From the IMG/VR virus record IMGVR_UViG_3300044641_007115, positions 62,001 to 126,000 of that record: a DNA stretch of 64,000 nucleotides. One strand, written 5' to 3'. The first letter of the stretch is position 1. Each line of letters begins with the position of its first letter. A program made the translations under genes and the position numbers. This document shows positions 9,369 to 17,467 of this stretch, in pieces. The notes below the pieces were generated by a model that ran no database searches, was not told where the DNA came from, and worked only from the letters and a program-made list of their open reading frames with translations.

Positions 9369-9680
9369 TCAGGCTACGGTCCAGACATCCCGCTGATGGT
9401 AGTAATTGCCAATCGCGGACAGAACCGGAGTCAATTCCTTCCGAAGTGATGAAAGATTTACCGACTCCCGGACATCCAGTGTTACGTCCACGATAGCGAT
9501 CTGTGATGTCGTTGGACTCCGATCAATCCACGGGCCGGGCACACGGAACTTCCGTCGAACGAAATTTCCATACCCCCGGTCAAACTTTCCGATGTAGACA
9601 GTCGCATACGGATCAGTCGGTTTTGAAAGAACTGGAATCGCCGCGACGATTGGCAGAGCGAACAATTGCCGTCGTGTCAT
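9369..9680 (-). CDS. hypothetical protein with twin-arginine-like signal (MTRRQLFAL)
   Basis: true start likely 9680, 5 nt after TCTAAGTA. Confidence 0.55.
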   Translation of the reverse strand: MTRRQLFALPIVAAIPVLSKPTDPYATVYIGKFDRGYGNFVRRKFRVPGPWIDRSPTTSQIAIVDVTLDVRESVNLSSLRKELTPVLSAIGNYYHQRDVWTVA

Positions 9681-9699
9681 ATTGCTACTTAGATTAACG

Positions 9700-9825
9700 C
9701 AGGGGCGTGACATCCGGCTTAGCGTACCGGAAATGAAGACTGCCATCGCGCGTCAGGCAATCTAACGTCGGACTGTTGATGGAATGTCCGCGCACCGGTT
9801 GATCGATCACTCAATCAACCACCTG
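9700..9825 (-). ncRNA. candidate structured ncRNA downstream of Ro60 (possible non-canonical Y RNA)
   Basis: own late-like promoter GATAAACT (9838-9831); four hairpins with G-U pairs favouring the minus strand; CAGG/CCUG end pairing. Confidence 0.55.
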
Positions 9826-9855
9826 AGATCAGTTTATCATGATCCCGGTCGGCTG

Positions 9856-9888
9856 AAAAACAAAAAGGCCGGACCCGAAGGCCCGGCC
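9856..9888 (-). terminator. intrinsic terminator GGCCGGGCC-TTCG-GGTCCGGCC-TTTTT
   Basis: stem, UUCG loop and U-tract; identical copies at 50286 and 60557. Confidence 0.9.
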
Positions 9889-9907
9889 AGTTTTGTTCCC
9901 CGCCTGT

Positions 9908-11566
9908 TTAGGCGGTCGTGACTTCCGTTTCGTCTTCCGATCCCGAACGGCGGCTGGTGCCACCGCGCATGAAATCGGCCAACAGAACCGGCACGTTGGC
10001 GTCGAAACCAACGAAGTCCATCATACCCATATCCTTCGGATCGGCGATGGAGAACGGCGTCGCCGCCGTTGCGATGACGGCCAGCTTCGCGTTCGGCTTA
10101 TTCCGTTCCTTGCGGTACTTCACAAGCGCTTGCGACGGCTGGATGCTACCGGCCCAAGTTTCGTTGTCCGTGATTACCGTGAAGCAATCGACGTTCAAGT
10201 TGTTCTTGATGCCGTAGATCATCGGCAACGAACAATCCGTACCGCCGCCAAGACCGCGATTCGCCTTCTTCGTTGCCGATTCCAGCGTATCCTTGGCAGT
10301 GATCTTGAGATCGACGAACTGCGTGTCGAACCCACGGATGTCGTAGTTCTGTTCCGTGCGGATGAATACCATCGCTTGCGCGGCGGCAATCATCGCGTGG
10401 GTCAGAGCCGTACCATTCCAACTCATCGTCATCGAACCCGAAAGGTCGATGCCCACCAAAAGGTTCTGTCCGGTCGGCTCCACGTTGGCGAAGGTTCCGT
10501 AGAACGCATCCATCAACGCATCGACAACCGCCGGAACCACCGTCCACGAACCGTTACCACGCTGACCGTGACCGGCACCATAGGTACCGTAGGCCAGCAA
10601 CACCTGAAGCGGGTGGACCCGCGACCGGCGCAAGTATTCGGCATCGCGCAACCGGCTGGCGACCAGCTTGGAAGCATCAGACAGCGGGGCCAACAGGCCA
10701 GACTTCGACATGTTGCCCAAGTTGCGGATCATCGCAGTCAGCGGCATCTTTTGCAAGAGCGCTTCCTGAACCGTCGCGTCGTTGAGGAACTGAGTCGGAA
10801 TCATTTCGCGCGTCAAACCGTAGTCGGACACGATCTTGATGACTTCCTTGGCCGAAGTTGCCTTCTTTGCCAACTCAACGCCGTCGATCACGCGGGACAC
10901 GTCCGGCTTGTACTCACCCTTGGCCGCGTAACGGTAGATCGCGGAGCGAACTTCGTCTTCCGGCTTCGGGTGCGCCAAACGGAGAATGTCGCGCTGTGCC
11001 CATCCTTCACGCTGTTGGTACTTCGCCAACTGGTAGGCCAGATCGCGGGGCGACTTGGCAGAATACCAGTCCTTCACAGCACGGGCCAGAACAGCACCCC
11101 AACCGCGAAGCGAAGTTGCGTAGGAAATGAACGAAAACAGATGCGTGCCCGTGCGCGCGACCACCGGCAACTTGGACGCCGCGTACTGGCGCGTCTCAAT
11201 GACCGGGGAGTCGGTCGGGGACATGGCAAGTGCCAGCGCAAACAACGCCGGATCGTTCTTCGGTGCCCGGCCCGCGTCGCTGATGCCAGCGATCACATCG
11301 ACCGTGCGCTTACCGTCTTCCTTCAGACAGGCGATCACGTTCTTCGCGTGTTCGCGGGTCAGCTTTTCCGCCGAACCACCACTTGCGTAGTAGGCCGGGT
11401 TCTCAGACCCAAGGATCAGGAAGCGCTCCAAGAGCGTCCACTTATCGACGGTGAAAACGAATCCACCGTGGGCGTTCTGCGCCATTTCATTCTCACGTCC
11501 CGGAATCGGCTGATTCTGCGGGGTCGTCTTCCGGCTTGCGCCGTGCAAGCTATAGATGTTTGCCAT
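9908..11566 (-). CDS. rsr: Ro60 / TROVE-domain RNA-binding protein (Rsr orthologue)
   Basis: NAHGGFVF, LERFLILGSE, RTGTHLF, KYQQREGW, ALIRNLG-like AMIRNLG, RVHP, vWA DLSGSM, GGTDCSLPM, ITDNETW, DFVGFDA; start M8 after AAGAGG. Confidence 0.95.
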   Translation of the reverse strand: MANIYSLHGASRKTTPQNQPIPGRENEMAQNAHGGFVFTVDKWTLLERFLILGSENPAYYASGGSAEKLTREHAKNVIACLKEDGKRTVDVIAGISDAGRAPKNDPALFALALAMSPTDSPVIETRQYAASKLPVVARTGTHLFSFISYATSLRGWGAVLARAVKDWYSAKSPRDLAYQLAKYQQREGWAQRDILRLAHPKPEDEVRSAIYRYAAKGEYKPDVSRVIDGVELAKKATSAKEVIKIVSDYGLTREMIPTQFLNDATVQEALLQKMPLTAMIRNLGNMSKSGLLAPLSDASKLVASRLRDAEYLRRSRVHPLQVLLAYGTYGAGHGQRGNGSWTVVPAVVDALMDAFYGTFANVEPTGQNLLVGIDLSGSMTMSWNGTALTHAMIAAAQAMVFIRTEQNYDIRGFDTQFVDLKITAKDTLESATKKANRGLGGGTDCSLPMIYGIKNNLNVDCFTVITDNETWAGSIQPSQALVKYRKERNKPNAKLAVIATAATPFSIADPKDMGMMDFVGFDANVPVLLADFMRGGTSRRSGSEDETEVTTA

Positions 11567-11604
11567 GTTATTTTGACCTCTTTTCAAACACTACACCGTG
11601 TTAA

Positions 11605-12276
11605 CTACTCCTGTTCATCTTCCAAACTACGCATCACGTCTTCGAAAGGCACCAGTTCGGCCCGGCCTTCTTCCACTTCATTGATGCGTTCCTTCATCTC
11701 TGCCAGAAACTCTTCGTTCTCTTTAGGACCGCCGTGAAAGCTGATATCCCAATAGATTCCTTCCAGAAATTCCAACAGACTGAGAACTCTTTTGCCGCTG
11801 AGAATTGATTCCGTCCAGTTCCGGCGGATCGTAAACGTCTCATCGATCACAACCGGGATATGCGCCAACTGGTACATCGGTGAGTACGAAACCGACCAAC
11901 GTTCTCCTTGCGCATCCACTCCAATGAAGTCCGTCGAAATGTTGAAATCATTCGTGCCATCATGCTCGAAAACTTCACCGTAGGAACTGACAACCAATTT
12001 GACCAGCGATTCTTCCAGATCCTTACGTGGCTCACGGGCCTGTGCATGGAATTCATCGATTGCCCCACACCATGCATAATGTGCAACAACTTCCTTGAGA
12101 GTCGGATGTTGATCCACAATCGCAAAAATCTGACCCAAAGTCACGCCGTCGTCAACCTTAACCCGAACTCGAAGATCGGTCAGGCGAAACGGCTTTTCGA
12201 CGTAATCCTTCTTTTCCTTTCCATCCCACTCATACGCCGCTAGGCGGTCGCTGTGGAACACAACGTAATCACTCAT
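11605..12276 (-). CDS. hypothetical phage protein
   Basis: 223-aa ORF in operon with Ro60. Confidence 0.75.
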   Translation of the reverse strand: MSDYVVFHSDRLAAYEWDGKEKKDYVEKPFRLTDLRVRVKVDDGVTLGQIFAIVDQHPTLKEVVAHYAWCGAIDEFHAQAREPRKDLEESLVKLVVSSYGEVFEHDGTNDFNISTDFIGVDAQGERWSVSYSPMYQLAHIPVVIDETFTIRRNWTESILSGKRVLSLLEFLEGIYWDISFHGGPKENEEFLAEMKERINEVEEGRAELVPFEDVMRSLEDEQE

Positions 12277-12713
12277 GTTGGTTCGTATATCTCCAGCCCC
12301 GGTATGAAACCAAGGGAATCCACAATCATGGGTCTAACGACAGACCATTGAAGTCCGCCTAAGCCACAACCGATGGCCGGGATCGCAAGACTCGAAATCT
12401 CATGATCCTTGCACCAGTCAACAAGGACCACCAGACCAGCTTCAATCCACTCTATCTTCGAGGGGTTTCGCCAATGATCCTTGGTCGCAAAGCAGACGAC
12501 CCATTTTGGCGGTGGGGTGGTGTCATGCTGAGGCAACACGATGATGTTGCCCGGAAAAAGCGTTTTTGGTTCAGCACAAGCATGACGATATGAATTTAGC
12601 ACACCCGGAAACCGATTTGCAAACTTTTTTGCAAGACCGGCTCCCATCACTCCCACACAGTTCACCGGGTTGACCCAAACCTGTGCTTGGGACCGGAACA
12701 TATCGCCCGGCAC
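12273..12713 (-). CDS. macrodomain ADP-ribosylglycohydrolase (DarG/TARG1-like)
   Basis: GD.F, NPVNCVGVMGAGLA, FATKDHWR, IPAIGCGLGGL. Confidence 0.9.
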   Translation of the reverse strand: MPGDMFRSQAQVWVNPVNCVGVMGAGLAKKFANRFPGVLNSYRHACAEPKTLFPGNIIVLPQHDTTPPPKWVVCFATKDHWRNPSKIEWIEAGLVVLVDWCKDHEISSLAIPAIGCGLGGLQWSVVRPMIVDSLGFIPGLEIYEPT

Positions 12714-12717
12714 CGGA

Positions 12718-13137
12718 TCACTCCAATTCCTTCAACTGTTTCAACAACTCTTGCCGCTTCCGTTCCTTCTCAGATTCATCCGGGCGTGACGGCATCGACA
12801 GCACGCGGAAATCGGTTACCCAAACACCCGCGTCGCCGCTACATGGTCCGCTGAAATTCGACTTCGTGTAGGTGACTTCAATTTCCTGTTGATCTTCCAT
12901 CACCTTCAGCAACCGCTTGTAGAGAGCTTCGTCTTTGACGCTGAAATGAAACGCGGACCCATTTACTCCACTACCGCCATTGAATCCGCCCCGGACCAGT
13001 TCACCTTCATAGGTGTCACAGACCATTCCATACTGGCCCATCTTAACCACTTGGCCGATCTTCTTGCCGTCGCCGCTTTTGATGCCATAGCCACAACCGA
13101 CCAAGAACAATCCCATCAACACAAGAACGTATCGCAT
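12718..13137 (-). CDS. phage lipoprotein
   Basis: signal peptide with lipobox LVGC; G.VVK..TYEGEL..FHFSV. Confidence 0.75.
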   Translation of the reverse strand: MRYVLVLMGLFLVGCGYGIKSGDGKKIGQVVKMGQYGMVCDTYEGELVRGGFNGGSGVNGSAFHFSVKDEALYKRLLKVMEDQQEIEVTYTKSNFSGPCSGDAGVWVTDFRVLSMPSRPDESEKERKRQELLKQLKELE

Positions 13138-13170
13138 ACATCCATTGTCTATCCGATACCACAGCGCACA

Positions 13171-13209
13171 AAAACAAAAACGCCCCGGCGGAACTCACCG
13201 GGGCGTTTT
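13171..13209 (-). terminator. intrinsic (bidirectional) terminator
   Basis: aaaacgccccgg / ccggggcgtttt. Confidence 0.85.
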
Positions 13210-13235
13210 GTCGTCGGGAACCAGTCCCAACTCTA

Positions 13236-13559
13236 TCACTTCGTTGTGGTTGTGATGAAACCCGAAGTGGCTGGTGTATTTGTGCCGGTTGTCGTACCAA
13301 TCACTTGGTTCGGCCCACACAAAGTCCAACGCTCCCAATTGTTCCAAGGAAAGTACGGCTTCCACACCGGTTGCGGCACTGGCACCGGCGTCGGCACGAA
13401 CTGTACCTTGTCTTTCCCCTTGACTTCTACGACCTTGATTTTCTCCACAACTTTTTGTTTGACTTGCACCTTGACGGTGTTTGTCTCTTGGTCGAAGAAA
13501 ACCTGTGCGTCGTTTGCGCCATCGATCTGAATTTTCAATCCGTTGATGGTGACTTCCAT
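13236..13559 (-). CDS. hypothetical protein
   Basis: coupled to the vWA gene; Pro/Trp/Thr-rich C-terminus. Confidence 0.65.
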   Translation of the reverse strand: MEVTINGLKIQIDGANDAQVFFDQETNTVKVQVKQKVVEKIKVVEVKGKDKVQFVPTPVPVPQPVWKPYFPWNNWERWTLCGPNQVIGTTTGTNTPATSGFITTTTK

Positions 13560-13561
13560 TC

Positions 13562-14230
13562 TTACTTCCTCTTCCCGGTGCCGGTAGTCGTGGTGAACGT
13601 CACGTTGTTTAGAACAGCTTCGTCAACATCTGCCGTCAGATTCATCGACCGGGCGGCACCAGACATTCCTTTCGACACATTCGAAGTGTAGGTGCTCCGA
13701 ACAGCACTGGTCGCATACATCGCTCCCGCTGTGTTCGCCGAAGCGTAATTGACCGAATTCATGATGTTGATGCTCGAAGCCGCCGCCGCCGCGTCCATGT
13801 CCGCGCCGAAGTAGGTGAATCCCCATCCTTGCTTTTGCCGGATGTCGATCAAGGCTTTGATCGCTTCATGGCTGAAGTTCTTCGAAGAGTTCTCCGCACC
13901 ATCGGTGAAGATGTACACCAGAACGTTTTGTTCTCCCTCTTCCGCCGTGTCGATCCGCATGCCGACAGCATCATACAATGCCGTCATTCCATTCGGAGTG
14001 TAATCGGCGGTCCCGATTTCCTTCACTTCGCTCAAGGGCTTGTCAGCAAACACCACTGTAGCTTCAGATGAGAACTTGGTGAGACTGACCGTGTACTCAA
14101 CGTCCTTGGTCTTCTCTTCCTTTCTCATTTCCTGAATCTGTTCATTGAATCCATTGATGACGGTCTTCTGTTGACCTTGCATCGACCCGGATTCGTCCAA
14201 GATAAACTCAACTCTGATTTTGTTCTTCAT
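13562..14230 (-). CDS. vWA-domain protein
   Basis: MIDAS DESGSM, TALYDA, TDG.EN.S; SD AAGGAG. Confidence 0.9.
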   Translation of the reverse strand: MKNKIRVEFILDESGSMQGQQKTVINGFNEQIQEMRKEEKTKDVEYTVSLTKFSSEATVVFADKPLSEVKEIGTADYTPNGMTALYDAVGMRIDTAEEGEQNVLVYIFTDGAENSSKNFSHEAIKALIDIRQKQGWGFTYFGADMDAAAAASSINIMNSVNYASANTAGAMYATSAVRSTYTSNVSKGMSGAARSMNLTADVDEAVLNNVTFTTTTGTGKRK

Positions 14231-14266
14231 GCTCCTTTCCTTGGGTGCATCTTGCCACCCCTATGT

Positions 14267-14446
14267 TTATGTAGACTGTCCACCAACGGTTTTCGTGCGC
14301 AAAGTCGAATTCTTTTCCAACTTTTCACGCAACCGCCGGGCGGCGTCCAGTTTGAGGAAGGCAATCTCATAGTTGCCGTTCTTCTTGGCGGACTCCGCTT
14401 CGAGTTCGCACCGGTCAATTTCAGCTTGAATCAAATCACGATCCAT
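14267..14446 (-). CDS. small helical protein, UVR-motif-like (59 aa, not in ORF track)
   Basis: MDRDLIQAEIDRCELEAESAKKNGNYEIAFLKLDAARRLREKLE... Confidence 0.55.
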   Translation of the reverse strand: MDRDLIQAEIDRCELEAESAKKNGNYEIAFLKLDAARRLREKLEKNSTLRTKTVGGQST

Positions 14447-14474
14447 GACCTTCTCCCAACCCCTAAAATGAACT

Positions 14475-14879
14475 TTACCTACTGGTAGTGCTGACTTCGG
14501 AAAACGAGATCGGTGGTGTGTGCTCGAAATCGTAATCCATCACTTCATCATGAGCAATCATCGCCATTCGGTAGTGATGCCGATCTTTGTGCATGATGAT
14601 GCGAATGATGATATTGTCATCGCTGAAATTCGGCAAGCAATCGACAAGGAACCCATCCACGATATTCTTTTCTTTCGCAACGTTCAGAACCGGCGTCAAT
14701 GCCATCTTGAGTTGCGAACAGGAAAAATTGTCTGTGAATAGACCTAGTTGAGCCGCCCGCTGAACCACACCAAATAGATTGTCGCGCAAACCATTCAGGT
14801 CATTGAACCCGGATGGTATGGGCCACATTTCTTCGGTATCAGCACCGACAACTACATCATTTGATAATCGAAATGCCAT
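14475..14879 (-). CDS. protein resembling the C-terminal domain of T4 gp18 tail sheath
   Basis: AAQLGLF..F..SQL...LTPVL....IVDGFLVDC parallels gp18 AA...LFE.ND.FTR..F...V.P.L...GI.DF.VVC. Confidence 0.45.
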   Translation of the reverse strand: MAFRLSNDVVVGADTEEMWPIPSGFNDLNGLRDNLFGVVQRAAQLGLFTDNFSCSQLKMALTPVLNVAKEKNIVDGFLVDCLPNFSDDNIIIRIIMHKDRHHYRMAMIAHDEVMDYDFEHTPPISFSEVSTTSR

Positions 14880-14903
14880 TGACTTCCTTCATCGTAGCGT
14901 GGA

Positions 14904-15110
14904 CTATCCCAAGCGAAAACTGACAACTTTTCCTTCATTCACCGTGAAGGTTACACGGTTTTGTTTCACGTCATTGGTTAACGGGACCGGCATGCCGGGT
15001 TGAATCACGCGCACTTCCATGCCTAGCTGTGTCGCTTTCGCTGTGGCTTCGGTGATCGGCTGTCCCATGAAATTCTGTTTGACGGCAATCGCTAAGGCTT
15101 CATTCAACAT
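14904..15110 (-). CDS. I78/potato-inhibitor-I-like peptidase inhibitor
   Basis: RVIQPG..LTND...NRVTF.V..G.V....G. Confidence 0.55.
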   Translation of the reverse strand: MLNEALAIAVKQNFMGQPITEATAKATQLGMEVRVIQPGMPVPLTNDVKQNRVTFTVNEGKVVSFRLG

Positions 15111-15369
15111 CTGGTTCTTCCTCTTCATCTTCTTCTTCGTCTTCATCAGGTTCCCGGCTGAGCCAAAGAACAATGACCAATACCAACGCACTGATAGAAA
15201 CAAACGCTCCTGACCATGCGGCAATCACAACAACCGGATTGGACGGGAATGTGTGAATGGACCAATTGACAGAAACGTAGAGCGCTGTCAATAGCAGGAT
15301 AAGAAGATTGATCCCACCGAAAACAGCGGCGTATTCAGCAATGCGTGAACGGATTTTGTCGGGTTGCAC
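15100..15369 (-). CDS. membrane protein with acidic tail
   Basis: two TM segments; GTG 6 nt after TCTAAATC. Confidence 0.7.
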   Translation of the reverse strand: MQPDKIRSRIAEYAAVFGGINLLILLLTALYVSVNWSIHTFPSNPVVVIAAWSGAFVSISALVLVIVLWLSREPDEDEEEDEEEEPDVE

Positions 15370-15384
15370 GTGATGGATTTAGAC

Positions 15385-15801
15385 ACGCCAGAAGACGGCA
15401 TCCCAATCATATTGAGTCTGTTGTGCAATTGCTCGGTTCGGTGGAAATGGAATCTACCTAGCGCGGGCTACTCCGCTAAGTCGATTCCCTTTCGCGTCTG
15501 TCGTGCTTCGGACAGGCGGTCGCCCTTGATCTTGGTGGTCGCTACCAGTGGTTCTCTATCGGTGGCTCCGGGGTCATACCACATTCTTCCAAGTTCCCCA
15601 CTGAAGGGGTCAGGTATGGGTCCGGTAACTGACGACACTCCACACGCCGCTCTACATGGTCTGTTGTGGGTATTCCCACCGTTTGCCAAAAGCCATGCAG
15701 CCGGGTCAATTCCCGACGAACTGCGGTCCTACGTGCCGGGCACCTTTCGGTGCCGATATTCTGCGATTAGGCTTGGGTGACTGAGAACGTCTTGAGCGCC
15801 T
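15385..15801 (-). ncRNA. large structured ncRNA of unknown class (~417 nt)
   Basis: 5'/3' closing helices (AAGACG/CGUCUU; UCUCAGUCA/UGAUUGGGA), many internal stems, GAAA tetraloop, no credible ORF, promoter-like GCTATATA at 15815-15808. Confidence 0.75.
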
Positions 15802-15854
15802 GATTCCTATATAGCATACAGGTTCGTTGTTCAGAACCTAAAACGGCGAAGTCC

Positions 15855-16289
15855 ATGAAAACATTCCAAAGATTCCTTCGAGAGTCATACGAACTCTTGC
15901 CCGGCACCCTGCTCTTGATCGTTCAGGGTGGCGGATTCAGCCGTCGTATCCAGTATGGCGTAACGACCGGGCGGGTGGTTTTCAAAATCAACAACCTTCA
16001 TCAGCACGGTCATGAGTTCAAAGGCACACCGACACATGAAGTGATCGACATCGGCGGAATGCAAACTGAAGTTCTTTTGCCGGGCGTCAAGCCCGGCGAC
16101 ATCATCCAAAGCCATTTGCAGTTGGATGGTCTTCCCGGTGGGTCGATAATTGAATCCACCTTGCCGGGGTCGGACGGCCAGTACAAGAAAACGGATTCGA
16201 TGAAGTGGACCAAGGTTGGTTCTCCGACCGGCGCGAAATTTGACTCGTTTCACTTTGACGCATCGCTTAAATACAAGTGGGTCAAATAA
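15855..16289 (+). CDS. putative internal head protein
   Basis: N-terminus MKTFQRFLRE (capsid-targeting-like). Confidence 0.65.
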   Translation: MKTFQRFLRESYELLPGTLLLIVQGGGFSRRIQYGVTTGRVVFKINNLHQHGHEFKGTPTHEVIDIGGMQTEVLLPGVKPGDIIQSHLQLDGLPGGSIIESTLPGSDGQYKKTDSMKWTKVGSPTGAKFDSFHFDASLKYKWVK

Positions 16290-16292
16290 TCT

Positions 16293-16847
16293 ATGCCAAT
16301 GGACACTACAGCCGAACAACTCATCGGCATCATCAAACGCCAGCCTTCGAACCCCAACTTTTTGAATGCTCATCGTTTTCGGATGGTTCTTCATCGCACG
16401 CCGTCGATGATCTACTTCATGCAAGAAGTCAACCTTCCGGGAATTTCCACTGGTGCGCCGATTCAACCAACGCCGTTTGTGGACATCCCGCATCACGGCG
16501 ACAAGCTGGTGTTTGAAGATTTGACGGTGAGTTTCGCTATCGATGAGGACATGAAGAATTACAGGGAAATCCAACAGTGGTTGTATGGATTGACCTTTCC
16601 GCAACGGTTCGAACAACATGCCGATCTTGTGCAAGGAATGCATAACCGGTACTCCGATATTCTACTGGTGATCCTCAACAGCAACTACAATCCACAACAC
16701 TACGTCATGTTCCGTCAGGCGTGGCCGTCTTCGCTTGGATCGATCCAGTTCAATTCGAAGGATCAGGACGTGGTTGTACAGCCGGTTTCTGTCACATTCA
16801 AGTATGCGTATTATGAATTTTTGGATATCGGCGACGTGTCATCATAA
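16293..16847 (+). CDS. gp3: tail completion / sheath stabiliser (T4 gp3-like)
   Basis: NFL...F...QEVNLPGIS, GDKL.FEDL..F.IDEDMKNY; position upstream of uvsY. Confidence 0.85.
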   Translation: MPMDTTAEQLIGIIKRQPSNPNFLNAHRFRMVLHRTPSMIYFMQEVNLPGISTGAPIQPTPFVDIPHHGDKLVFEDLTVSFAIDEDMKNYREIQQWLYGLTFPQRFEQHADLVQGMHNRYSDILLVILNSNYNPQHYVMFRQAWPSSLGSIQFNSKDQDVVVQPVSVTFKYAYYEFLDIGDVSS

Positions 16848-16880
16848 GTCCTAAGTGATTCACTCACGAAAGGACAACTC

Positions 16881-17459
16881 ATGCTCGAAACAATGCTGGC
16901 TCTAACGGGCCTTGCGTTTTGGACGGTTGCAATCGGCACCGTCATTTTCTGTCTCATCATTATGGCCTTGGTAGAGTACAACCGGCCATTTTGGGCGACG
17001 ACCCTGATGATCGTCACGATCAGCGGATTGGTGTTCGTTACCAAGTACCCGCTGTGGGACGAAATCCGTGCAAACCCTCTTTTGCTGGTCTACTGGACCA
17101 TCGGCTATTTGCTGATCGGTGCCGGTTGGTCTTTATTCAAGTGGTGGCGGTACGTGGATCGGACTGTCAAGCGTTGGTCGAAGAGCGACTATTCCGGTCA
17201 TAAGCGAAATCTGGAAATGATTCGGTCAGCGGATTCAGATTCTACGGTCCAACTGCCATCGGAAATTGATCCGGGGAACAACAAGGATCGTTTCTTCGGC
17301 TGGACCTTATACTGGCCCTTCTCCGGGATCTGGACATTACTGGATGATCCGCTCCGGGCGGCGTTTGAGTTCATGTATGAACAGTTTGGTCAAATCTATA
17401 CCAAGATCGCTCAGCGTGTGGCCCGGCGGATCGCTTCGAGTGTCAAACTGACATCCTAA
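16881..17459 (+). CDS. multi-pass membrane protein
   Basis: three N-terminal TM segments; Y..IGAGWS.FKW; W.LYWPFS. Confidence 0.75.
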   Translation: MLETMLALTGLAFWTVAIGTVIFCLIIMALVEYNRPFWATTLMIVTISGLVFVTKYPLWDEIRANPLLLVYWTIGYLLIGAGWSLFKWWRYVDRTVKRWSKSDYSGHKRNLEMIRSADSDSTVQLPSEIDPGNNKDRFFGWTLYWPFSGIWTLLDDPLRAAFEFMYEQFGQIYTKIAQRVARRIASSVKLTS

Positions 17460-17467
17460 ACACGAAC

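Noticed and set aside
9893-11737. Long antisense ORFs (also 8200-9198, 25932-26981, 32665-33831, 49362-50408, 59131-60594)
   Set aside because: Shadow frames of real genes on the opposite strand, expected from GC-rich codon bias; no recognisable motifs.
15385-15801. RNase P RNA, group I intron or coding ORFs (15364-15780, 15468-15689) as explanations of the gap
   Set aside because: The conserved P4 and P7 sequences are not found, no gene is interrupted, and the ORFs have atypical composition and no expression signals.
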